Notes under the pieces: generated by a model
The model's database searches: none
Told to the model about the DNA's origin: nothing
The model's input: the letters and a program-made list of their open reading frames with translations, nothing else
Shown here: positions 35,101 through 47,100 of the stretch, one piece after another
Numbering within the stretch: the first letter of the stretch is position 1
How the letters are laid out: every line of letters starts with the position of its first letter
Program-made: the position numbers and the translations under genes
NCBI GenBank assembly: GCA_016179745.1
Contig: JACPCP010000012.1
Span: 789-64,788 of the forward strand
Length of the DNA stretch: 64,000 nt
Source: Candidatus Omnitrophota bacterium
GTDB taxonomy: Bacteria > Omnitrophota > Omnitrophia > Omnitrophales > JACQLI01
Reading direction: 5' to 3'

Positions 35101-38100
35101 ATCGTAATCTAAAAACTTCAGACCCATCCGGGCGAGGTCGGCATAAACGGTCCAAAGCAGAATTTGGTTTGCCAGACCGTCCAGGCGGGTGCGGGCCGGC
35201 CCGAGCTCTTCGTCGGAAAGCGCTTCCATCTGATACTCGATCTCCGTGACAAAGGCCCTCTCATAGACCGAAAGATCGGGCGTTTCAGATTCCGGATCCC
35301 TCACGAATTTCTCCGGATGATTGATGAATTCGGAAAGTGACTGGAACGGGGACCTGAAACCCCGGGTCTCCGCCTCCTGATCGATCAGGTTGAAAAGCGG
35401 CGTGTCTTTGTCGAGCTTAAATTCAAACTTCCCGATCTCATCCCGGAAGTGAAAGTGCCGGGCCGGACGAAGAGATTGAATCCTGGGATGCGAATCGTAG
35501 TTCGGGTTTTTCACAAACCGCACCTCGCCATTGTCGTCCCATTCGGGGTAGTAGGCAAAACCCTGTTTTGCTTTGACCCAGTCATATTCCGACCGGGCCT
35601 CCCTCGAATTCCAGTTGACGATGGCCAGCGTGTCGTTGCCTTCGTTCACGGTAATGTGGTCGTAACCGGGGGGCACCAGCACAAATTCCCCGGCCTCGGC
35701 CCGGAGGACTCGAAAATCAACCACCTTTCCCGCTGCATTTCTTTTTTGCAGAACGAAACGTCCCCGGCCCTTTACAACGCCGTAGAGTTCAGCAGTGGCA
35801 AGCGCCGGGTAGAATTTGGCGCTTTTCTGCAGGGCCGGGTGGTCCTTTGTGAAGCGTTTGTGTCCGTGACCCACGGTCTGAGTTCGAGATGGGATCAGGG
35901 TCACATCAAAATCCAGGCCGGCCGCCTCCATCTTGGTTTGATCGTGGGTCCCCCGGCGGATCAGCCGGCGGTAGGCTTGATAAAGAAGTGTTTGCGGCGG
36001 AAGCGCCGAAACCCGCTGATGGATCCCTGAATCCGGGTGGTAGAAGGCCGCTGCTTCTCCGGCTGTTTTTGTGTATCGTGGGCCGGCCGCTTCAAGATTG
36101 TCTCCCAAGTCAAGTTCCAGACCGTAATCATCGACCATCCGGACCGAAAGGCCGATGAGCTCCTCCATGGATTTCCGGGCCGGCGCCCTCAGGCTCGCTC
36201 CAAAAACCTCGACCCCCGTTGTTTCCGGCGTCAGGTTGTCGAGAGAAAAATGGGGTTGGGGTTTTGGCACTTCGGGGAGATTGAAATCTTTCGCCGTCAA
36301 AGGTTCTGCCTCCGTTTTTTCCCCGGCCTGCGCCGAGACCGGTCCTTGCGACTCGGCGAACTCCTTGTCAAGCCCCTCGGCCTCATGCCGTCTTCGGGCG
36401 AGCGCCACTTCGATGGAAACGTCGTGGACCCGGTTGGCGTAGCCCCATTCGTTTTCATACCAAAAAGAAACCCGAATAAGGTTTCCCTCCACGGAGGTCT
36501 TTCTCGCCAGAAAGATGGAAGACCGGCGTTCGTGCAGGATGTGTCCGGAAGAAGGGATCCAGTCCGCCGAATAGCCTAGAATATCCTTGAGTTCTCCCTC
36601 GGCCGCTTTCTTCAGGATGCCGTTGATGAGTTCCTTGGTGACGTTCCCCTCCATCTCCTTCGGCATCTTGTCGATCCGGAGCGTGAGGTCGATCACCGAG
36701 CCCGTGTCGTGGGCCGCACGGATCGCCTGCACTTCGGAGACGCCCCGAAACTGAGTGAGAATTCTCCCGAGTTCCTGCCCGGCGCCGGAAGATTGAATCA
36801 CGAGATTTCTTGCGCTGTCCGCCCACTCAAAAGGCCCCCGCTGGCTGCGGGTCCGGGCGTGGATCGTGAGCCCGAGCGCCGCACCGATGGAGACGGCAAG
36901 CTGATTGAGTCCCGTGGTCAGGGCATGGGCCCCGGGAATCGTCCCATTGGAAGTGCAGGAAGAACAGGAGATGATGGCATCCAGGTCTCTTTCGGAAAGA
37001 ACGAGGTCCTCATTCACGCCCCAAAGAATGGTCGAGGTATCGTCCTTGGCCGGGTTCGTCATAATGACCGAGTAGCCCTCGTCCGTATAAGGCTTGGCCC
37101 CCTTTCGGGAATAACGTTCCTTGAGACCGCTGCCGTCGATCACCTGCTCCACTTCCATCCGGACCCGCTCCGCTTTGACCTGCCGTGCCTTCCCGTCCGG
37201 CATGAGAACCATCAGGTTTCTCAGGTGTTTTTTAATGAACTCCTCTTTAAACTTTTTCGGGTCCCGGAAGTTAAAAACAGGAATCGCAAGTCCTTTGTTC
37301 AGCGGCGCTCCCTTCCTCCACTGATGGGCCGCTTCGTCCCAAAGTTTTGCGTAGAACCGGACTAGGTAGTTTTTCTCGGTGAGCGATTCGCTGTCTTTAA
37401 TCTGTTCGAGAAGCTCCGGCTTCCCGGGTTCGAGGACCATTTCCTTTCCGGTCTTTTTGTCCACGAGCCCCACGATGAAATCGTATTCGCCCTGAACCGC
37501 ATCGGTCTGCATCTCGGTGGCCCAGTCCTTGAGATTCCGGATCCCATGCAAGGCGGCCGTCTGGACATTCGGGTCCTCGAGGTCCAGTGAAAGCACAATC
37601 TTATCGACCCGGCCGGCGGCGCCGTCCAACACGGTATTGACGGGCTCCACCGGAAGTCCCGTTTTTTCGTCAAGGCGCCTCTTGAAATGCGCCTTCAGGG
37701 GCGAGGGCGGAATGACTTCGGTCACTTGTTTGTAGCCGGGTGAGCTTCGGTTGGCCAGAAAATCCAGGTCGCCGTTCAAGCTTTCCGCAAGGGTTTCGGC
37801 CAGGTGGTCGCCATGGGCCCGTTCGTTGGTCCAGGCCAGAATTTCGACCAGGCCTTCTTTGACCCGGAGATTGTCGGCATTGATCACGATAATATTTCTT
37901 TCATCCGCATAACGGGTGGAAGGCTGCGCCTTTCCCCCGGCAACTCGCAGTAAACCCTTCAAGGGTCCTTCGGCCGCTTTTTCAAGGGCCAGGAGGACTT
38001 CCTCTTGATTGACCTCCGGGTCCCCGAGATCGACCACAAGGTTAAGAAGCGTGGCGCCGGACGGCACATCGCCTTCAAAGGTGTCTCCTCCCTCTTTCTT

Positions 38101-41100
38101 GGTCTGGATATTTTTTCGGGAAAGAGCGCTCCCCCCGTTAAAAATCTCCACGAGCCCTTTCCCGGGCCGGACATAACGGCTCACATCCACCAGTTCGCCG
38201 CCGACCTGCTGCCGGGGACGGACCACCACGGGTGCGGCCCAGTTCTTGACGCCGTCGGCCGGGGCCTTGCCTCCGGCATCCGAAAAAGCCTCATTGAGGG
38301 CCTGAAGAATAAGACCGGATCCATAAGTAACGGGTGAGGGCTGGACGACGACCCCCTCTTTCATTCCCAAATCGTCTTCGGGGCTGATGTCCTCCTCGGG
38401 GCTCACCACAAAAATCCGGCGGACTTTTCCTTCATAGCTTTGAAGCCGTTCGGCCCTCCGGGCCTCGGCAATCGCTCTTTTGGGCCGGCGGGCACGGGCG
38501 TCGGTCACATAAAGATAATCCTGCTGGAGGAAGTCCACCAGCACATCGGCCCCCAGGGTTTCAAGATCTTCCGCCGTGGCAAGATCCGGATAAAGTTTGA
38601 TTTCCCTCCCATTGATCAGAAGATTTCCAGAAGCGTTCAACTGGATCTCCGCCAGGTTGCGGGAACCTGCCACGTTGTAACGGAGATACTGCACCAGGGC
38701 CTCCCGGCCCGACTTTTCGCCCACCCCGAAGATCGCAAGCGGCGCAAGCTGCGGCACCCGGTTTCTGGAGGGATCGGCAATGAGCGCACGGAGAAAGGCA
38801 TCGAGCTGTTTATTGACTGAAAGGTCGAGGTTGGCATTCGGCTGGTCCGGGAACCCATCGATATTGAGAACGACACGGCCGACGAAGTTCTGCCCTCCGG
38901 TCAATGTCACCGTTCTTTTTCCATCCTCCGGATCCGTCTGGAATTTCCCCTGGACCCTCTGAGTGGGGACATTTTTCTTTTTGAAGAAATCGCCCGCCAG
39001 ATTCCGGTTTACTTTTTCCCGGACCCCTTTTCGGGACTGCGTCCTGACCCCGGGCTTCCGCCATCTCTCCAGAAGCTTCCGGACCCACGAAGGCCCCCGG
39101 CGTTTTTGTTGGGCCCGTTTGGCCTCCCGTTTGAGCTGACGGATTTCTTCCTCCGTCAGGGCCCGGCCCTGCCGGCCCCGCTTTGTGACCTGCTCATTCC
39201 ATTTGCGGCGCACCAGGGCCACCTGATCGGCCACATCCTCCACCCGGTTGGCGTAGCCGAATTCATTTTCATACCAGAAGTAAACCGTGATGAGGTCCCC
39301 TTCTACCCGGGTCTTCTGAGGGATGAAAATAGAAGACTCCCTTTTTCGCATGATCGTGCCGGAAGAGTCATATTCACCGGCTTCATCGACGGCGAGGATG
39401 CCTTTAAGCCGGCCCCGGGCGGCTTTTCGAAGGATCCGGTTGATCTTCTCCGCACTCAGCCTTCTTCCCTTTTTCGCCTTGAAGGTGAACTGCACAATGG
39501 AACCCGTGTCATTGGCAACCCGAGCTGCCTGGACATCCGTGAGTCCCTGCAATTCTTTAATCACGGTGCCGATCTCCCCGCTGGCTCCCGAGTGCTGCAC
39601 CGTCATCGCCCGAGACGAGTCGGCCAGACTGAAGGCGCCCTTCCCGGTCCGGGTCCTGGCATGGACGGTAAAACCCATGCCAACCATGATCTCCAGGACA
39701 CGGTGTAAGGCATGGACCCCCGGGATTAAACTATTCGAGGTGCAAGAGGAGGAAGAGGCGGCATCGAGGTCTTCCGGGCTCAAAAGAATTTCTTCATTGA
39801 CACCCATAATCAGCGATTCCGTCTCGTCTTTGGCCGGAGCTGTCATGACGACCGGAAGCCCCTCATCCAGAAACGGCTGGACATCCTCACGAGTCAGAAG
39901 CCGGCCGGTCGCTTCAATCACCTGCTCAACTCCCAGGTCCAGGAACCGGGTCGCCAGCCGGCCGAGGTCCTTTCTTTCATCGATGAGAGGAACGAGGATT
40001 TCCCTTCCTCTTTCATCCAGATTCAGGGGCTCGCCCCGAAGGTAGATCTTGTTCGCCTCGTCCCAGCGGCGTTGATAGAACTTGAGGTAAACGGGTTTTT
40101 TCTCCTTCACGTGTCTCTTCAAATCCGTGATTTCATTTCCACGGGCGTCAAACGGAACGACCATGAAGTCATACATCACATCGTGCGCCTGATCGACGCC
40201 GGCATTGAGCGAAACAAGGTATTCGGCCTCGTCCTGAAAATTTTCCGGAACGCCGTTCAGGGCCGCAAGGACCCGGTTCGGATTTTTTAGAAGGAGGCCC
40301 AGCTCGTGCCGGCCAATCCGGCCCCTCGCTCCGTTCATCCCCGTCCGGATCGGGACCTTTGTCAGTCTCCGTTTCCGGGCTTGTGCAGGACTCAGCGGAA
40401 TGAGGCCCGGCCGGCTGCTCCACCATTCCCGAAGGCCGGCAAAGGCGTAATGAATCCCCAAAGGCAGCACGGCCGCTCCAAGAAACACAAGCGATCCGTA
40501 AGGTCCGTAAATCGACGTCACAAGGGGGAAAGCGGCAAACGCCTCCTGCCAGCCCTGCACAGTGTCAAATAGAGAAGTCATCCCCAGGGTGACCGGTTTC
40601 AGGACCGGAAGGTCGCCCAGCCAGGAAAACCGGGCGAGGAAATTTGCGAACCGGGCCGCTGACTCGTTTTGGACAAAAAAGTAAAGCGAAAAACCAAGGC
40701 CGAAGAAAAGAAAGGTCCGGTGGACCAGCCGGTAAACGGCACTAAAGGCCGGCGCCGTCGGCTGCCGGACTTCGGCCCGGGACTTTGGTCCGGCCTTTTC
40801 CCTTTTCTGAATCCAATATTTGAGTTCTTTCCTCGAAATTCCTTCCCCTTCCGCCACAAGGGCCTTGTGGATGTTCGCTGCAATGAGTTCCGCCTGGGCC
40901 GACTCATTAAACCAGCCCATCACCCGGACCAGGTTGCCGCCGACCACCCGGACCTGCTCGGCATCGACCACAAGAGGCACCCGCTCGTCGAAAAATTCGG
41001 TGGAGGTCGTCTGCGCCCCTTCCTGCCTGACCACCCGGATCAACCCCGCCAAGGGACCTTGACTGGCATGCAGCAGGGCCTGGACCACTTCTTCTTTCTT

Positions 41101-44100
41101 GACCTTCGAACTCACCACGACGTCCAGCGAAAGAATGCTCGCCCCCTTCGCCACATCCCCTTCTCTCACGAGACCGCCCACCGTCTGCTTCTCAACCCGG
41201 TTGGCTTCGGCGATCTCGATTTCGGGCAGGACCTCCGACAGACCGTTTCCCGGACGGAATTCCGAGCCTCGATCCTTCAAGGCGCCGCCGGCCGTTTGAC
41301 GGTGACGGGTTACACTCGGGCTTGCCCAGTTGGTCACTTTGAAATAATCATCCAAAGTTTTCAGGACCAGGGCGGACACCTGGGTCGCCGGCGAAGCGAG
41401 GGCATGCGCCGGACGGTCTTCAAGGAGCAGCCGGTCATTCACGCCGAAGGCAATGGGGTCGGACCCGACCAGGTCATCTTCAGACCGCACCGCAAAAATC
41501 CTTTTCACTTTACCCTTCTTCCTGAAATCCTCATACCGCCTCCTGCGGTCAGAGGGATTCAGAATGCTCTGGTCATCCGCATCGATCAGGACCTCAACCT
41601 TGTTCTTCTTGAGAGAACGGGTTCCGGCAGTATCGGGTGACAGCCGGATGCGCCGGCCGTTGATCGTGATCCAGCGGCCGGATTTCCGGTCGTAGTCAAT
41701 GACCGCATCGATCACGCCCAGGGCCGCATTGCTTCGAAGGAAGCGGGCAAACCGTTCGGCGCTCTGCACGCCGTAAATGATGACCGGGAACATATCGGGC
41801 CGGCGGTCCCGCCGGAGGTCGGGGATGAGATAACGAAGGAAGGCCGTCATCAGGATATTCGTGGAGTGGTTGACATTGACCGAGGCCTGATCCAGCCAGC
41901 TCTCTTGATTGAAATTGATCGCAATCCGTTTCGGCCGCTCGAAAAATTGCGTCCGGCCGCTTTGGCGGATTTCCTCAAAGGCGGCCCGGTCTTCGGTCAT
42001 TCCGCCCCGGACGAGCGCCGCCGAGGCCCGGAGCACCGCCTCGGTCCCCGGAATCAGGCCGTCCAGTTCCAAATCATCCAGGAGGGCCCCGCCCCCGGTG
42101 GAAATATCAAATTTCACCCCGGCAAGATTCGCCAAATCTTCCGTCTCGCCGCCAGCGGCGATGACAATCTTCCCTTTTTTAAATTGTTTCTCCGCTTCCT
42201 TCATCACCGCCAGCGCCCCGGCCCTTGTCCGGGAATTCTCATACATCCCGGACGGGCCCGAGATCACAATGGCCCCGGACTTTTCAAAGGCCTCGGCAAT
42301 CCGCCCGACCGACACCGGACCGATATCCACCCCGGCCCGGTTCGCATTCTGAGCGCCAAACGGCCCGGTCACCATTTTGACTTCCCCGTCGACGTCAATG
42401 GAACGAGTTTCTACTTCCTTCCCCGTCTTTTTGTCTTTTTCCTTCTTTGCCACCGTCGGCAGGGTGACGTGATCTTCGGTGATCAGGAGATGCACTCCTT
42501 TTTCACGGCTTTGCTTGACGATCTGGAGGGCGTCCTTCAACACCTCTTTCTGGTAGAAGGAGGCACCAATGAGTTCCTTGATCTTCTGATCCGTCAGTTT
42601 GGAAGGATCGGTGTTTGTCTCGATAAGGTATTTGGCCACGATAAAGGTGTAGGCCACCGCCCCGGAAATGATCATGGAGTCTCTCGGTTTCATCTTTTCC
42701 AGGAGTTTCCGGGCCACCGTCACTTTGGAAACCACGCCGGGCGCCACCTCGATCTTTTTTCCGGCCAGAACAAAGGTTGCGGGTTCACGATGGGGCTGGG
42801 CCAAAAATTTCCGGAAGCGATTTTGATGCTTCATCTCCGTGAGATAGCTGTAGCCAAAGGCGGTCCTTCCTTCAAAATGCCCGGGAAGGGCCTTCACCGT
42901 GGGCGAATTCCGGTGGGCCTGCGGGTAATCTTCCTTGATGAGAAAGCCGGCGGGAGACCGATCGTTGACGTCTTTAAAAACACGAACCAGAGAGGCCAGG
43001 TCACGGGCGAAATCTTCATACTGGACGCCCTTCGTCATCCGCTCTTCCGGCCAGAAACGGAGGTTGTCGAGGAAAACCGCCTCGCCCGGTTTCACGTTCT
43101 TTTGGAGGTAATCCCGGGCGGCGTCGAAATACCGTTGGTAATTCTCGTAGCGCCTCCCCGTGGAATCAAAGGCCGGAATAAAGTGGACCTTGAGGCCGGA
43201 GAGTTCCTCAAACTTCTTCGCAATTTTTTCGGTGATGTAAAGCCGCTGGAGATTTTCATCCGAAAGCTTCATGTCGGGCCGGCCGGCGTAAAAAGCGAAA
43301 ATAAGATTGCGGGCCTTCCGCTTCTTGAGGAGGTATTGGGCCGTCGCCACCGGGGCCTGGATGCGGGTCGTGCTTTTGATTTCACCCGTCTTCTCGTCCA
43401 GAACGTCCATCCCCGCCCGGACAATTCCGACTTCGCCCTTCACATCCCGGGTCAGCAAATCTTCCGGACGGGGCACGTTCCAACCGTAGAGCTCCTCAAT
43501 TTTCCGGCGTTCCCGTCGGACCCGGTATTTCCTCCAGCCGCCCGCCACCCACCGGGTGACCCGGTAAGAGACGTAGACCTCGATCGGCAGACTGACCACC
43601 CCGACCAGGGCGTCGAAAGAGCGGTATCGTCTCCTGAGCTCGCCCACCCAACGGCCGGCTTGATACAAAGCGTAAACAGCCAGAAGGCTGCCGACTCCCA
43701 ATAAGATTGCCTGATAAGGATGTTCAATCTCCCAGGCCCCAAAGGTGTCCCAATAAGAGGCGAGCTTCGTCGAAATTCCCCCGGCAGTCCGTCCAAGCGC
43801 CGCCCATTGATTCTGGAAAAATGCCGGCACGGCCGCCGGAAGGAACCGGACCTCCGAACGCCCGGACCAGCGTCTTTCGATACGGTCCATTTGCACCGTA
43901 ACCCAATCATGGATCGTTTGAGGAATGGTGAGGCCCGGCGCTACACCGCCCAGGAGGCGTGCCCGGTCGTATCCCTCCGGGGCATAGGCGTCCCGCCCCT
44001 TCAGGGTGCGTTCCGCTTCACGGATATTCTTCAAATCATCCAAAACCATATACATATGGCGCCGGTCGCCGAGCCAGACCAGATCCACCGGCTTCTTCGG

Positions 44101-47100
44101 CTGGGCGGGATCGCTGTTTTTCGCCTTGAAGAGACGCTCCGCAATCGTTTCCCTTCCTTTGAATCCAAACCCGATCAGATCGGCCTCCTTGGCGGTCAAA
44201 AATAAATTCATGGGCCAAATCCGGTCCTTCGACGGTTTGGGAACACGTTTTCCCGCTTGATTGCGGACGGTATTGACCGGGGCAAATTCCCTAAAGATTG
44301 CCGCCGGAAGCAGGCCTTGAGGATGGGTGTCTCCCCTCAAAGATTTTTCGATGTGATGCTGGAGGGCGCCTGAGAGCCAGTCGGCCCATCGGCTGCCCTT
44401 CAGCCAGTGGCTGGCGAGAAAAGCCTCCGGGGCCAGCGTCATGCGGTAGGTTTCTTCGGCCAGAACGTATTCCACTCTAAATCCACGGCGGCCGTTCGGG
44501 CCTTCAGTGGCCTGGGAAATTCTTTGGAGGAGGGCAATGAACCGGTCGGGCTCACGCAGGTCCTTGGAGTCGGGAACATTGATACGGATTAAGACGTCTC
44601 GAAGAAGACTCCCCTGCCTGACTTCCTCCCAGCTTCTTCCGATCCCATTAAGAATGTGGAGAATATTTTCCACCCACGTGGGCGAGTTTGGTTCTGAGCG
44701 CCCTCTCAAAAAGAGATCGGCCAGGCGGGTAATGTCTTCTTGTTTGAAATCCAATTCAATCCCGCCCTCGGGCGACACGTGGACCCGGTGGAAAATCGCC
44801 GGGCCCTCATCGGGAGGCGCATGACTCTTTGTGACGAGCCAGGCCGCAATCTGACTCACGAAGGCCTGGAGGTGCGGCTCCCAGAAAAAGGTCCAGTTGC
44901 GGGCCCGGAGGAACCGGTCCCTCAAATCTTCAGAGCTCTCCAGTTGAAAATCCGTGTCCGCCAGAAGTTCGTCCCATTCCCTCAGGTTTTCAACCGGACG
45001 GCCTGAAATGGAGGCCTGGGCCGCCTCAAAAAAAGCTTGCTCGGCGACGACCGGAGCGCCGGAAGGCGCCAGGCGATCAAGCTCGCCCGCAATCTCACCC
45101 ACTCGGGCGATGTTGGTCCCCACCAGATGGAGATTCGCAAGATGCCGTCCGCCGGAATCCCTGATTTCAAGAACGTTATGGTCATACGTGAGCGGGCGCT
45201 TTATTCTCGTTAAATAAATCTTCTTATCCCCCAACCCGCCTCGAAGGATCCCTTCGAGTTTCGAGCCATGAGGAACCGGGTCTGCGAATATTTTCCTGCC
45301 CTGCTCATCCTTATCCGTAATCTTACCGGCCTTGAAAGACGGCCACTCGTATCTTGTGCCGTCTTCCCCGGGAAACGGCCGGGTGGTGATAAACTCCACC
45401 GTCCCGTCATTCATAACCACTCCTTCCACAGGAATATCACTTAAATCAGAGGGCAAAAATGAGACCGGGTTGTTGACCGGAATTACAGCGATCGGGTCTT
45501 CGAGGGTCCCCTCATCCTCCGGCTGAACCAAGGTCCAGAGCTTGATCATCACCCGAAGCGCCTTCCAGCGGTCCGGCATTCCGCTCAAGGGAATTCCGAG
45601 TTCCTGGATCCGGTTCCAAATATCTTCGACAATATCCGCCCGGTTTTCCCCCTCGGACCGCCGCCGGGCAATTTCATCCTGAAGGTCCGCCAAATACTCA
45701 TCGAAGGGTTTCCCGTCACCATAGACCATCGCTTCGTCATACCAGCCTTCGGGGATCAATTTTTTCCAGACCCGGTTGAGGGAGTAGGTTTCCTTCATAA
45801 AATCATAGATCGCCCGTTTCGCCTCCCGGCGGTTGCCGCTCCGGCTGGCGACGGCGGTCTCCAGGATCTCCTCCGCCGTCACCTGTGATTCCTGGAGCGC
45901 CGCCCAGTCAAAGAGACCTCGCAAGGCCCGGTCGGTCAGACGAAACCGCCTCATCGAGGCCAGCGCAATTCTCGTGAGCCGCTCCCGCCGGAACCGGGCC
46001 TTCACGGCGGCCAACAGGTCGTGGGCCCGGACCCGCTCCGCATTCCGCTGGGTGTGCTTGTATTGGAACATCTTCCGGAGGACCTGCTTGGCAAACTCCG
46101 GGTCCTTGATGAATTCCAGGAAGATCGGCGCATAATGATTTTCTCCGATAAAGGCCATCTTGTGATTTCTGGAGCCGGCGTCCTTGCGGTAATAATCAAG
46201 GGCCTCGGCTGCCGCCGTCGCCACATAAACAATTTCGGATTTGTAACGGCGGACGTCGGGATCTTTCAGCGCCTCTCTTCGCCGTCCCTTCCACTCCTTC
46301 TTGAGACGTTTTTTCTCCTGCTTAAGTTTTTTCTTTTCACTCTTGAGGCGGGCCCTTTCTTCCGGGTCTAAAGCCGGGTCGGCCAGTCTCTCCGTGATTT
46401 CATCCATTTGCCTCTCCAGTTCCTCGAGGGGCTTTTCATACTGTTGATAGACTGAATAATACGTGTTGGCCGCATCGACAATCCTGGCGATCCGGATTTT
46501 AGGAGGAAGGTTGTCCGTGGAGTGCAGGCTCAGGGTGCCGTCCTGCCAGGCCCGGTATTCTTCTCTGGCGTGAAGGTATCGGGGAGAGCGGGTGAGAATG
46601 CCTGAAGAACGGGTCAAGAGGTAAAGGAAATCCTGGTTGAGATACTCCCAAACCTTTTCTCCCAATTCTCCGAAAAGCCAGGAAAAGAAAGGCGCTCCGA
46701 TCACGAGGACCAGGGCCACGGGCGCCAGAGGAAGGACCCAGCTCATCATCGGAATCCATCCGAATTGCATCGCCAGAGGCGCCAGGATAAAGGCGAGGCC
46801 CGCCGTCCACCGGAAAAAGCCATTGAGGTAAATCCGGTTCAGGATTTTCACCGCTAGATGCCACCCCTTCACCAGAATCCATTGGGGTGCCGCAAGCAGG
46901 TAAAAAAGGGCCGCCGGGAAGAGAGGGAGAATCGAAACCGGTTGAAAAAGAAGCCAGGCCGCACCCCGCACCGGGGCCAGGAAGCGGTTCTTCCACTTCC
47001 CTTCTGAGCTTAAAAGGGCCTGAACGCCGGACCAGCGGGCCCGGAGCGCCTTAAAGTCCGAAACATTCTGGCGGGCGGTTTCCAAATTAGAAACGTAATT

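Noticed and set aside
35584-35607. I considered NSREARSEY inside the cupin PGI-like module as another punctuation motif copy.
   Set aside because: The residue order differs (S-R-E-A-R-S-E rather than R-S-E-x-R at a boundary). The DNA has no similarity to the 15-mer, and the string lies inside a contiguous cupin domain.
41866-43704. I considered the long +-strand ORFs in the track (e.g. 41866..43704 at 612 aa, 31114..32643 at 509 aa, 16979..18403 at 474 aa, 53605..54711 at 368 aa, 25651..26688 at 345 aa) as possible genes.
   Set aside because: They are antisense to segments with clear enzyme signatures on the minus strand. They are Arg/Pro/Gly-rich low-complexity translations typical of the reverse frame of GC-rich coding DNA. 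They have no promoter or SD signals and no recognisable motifs.
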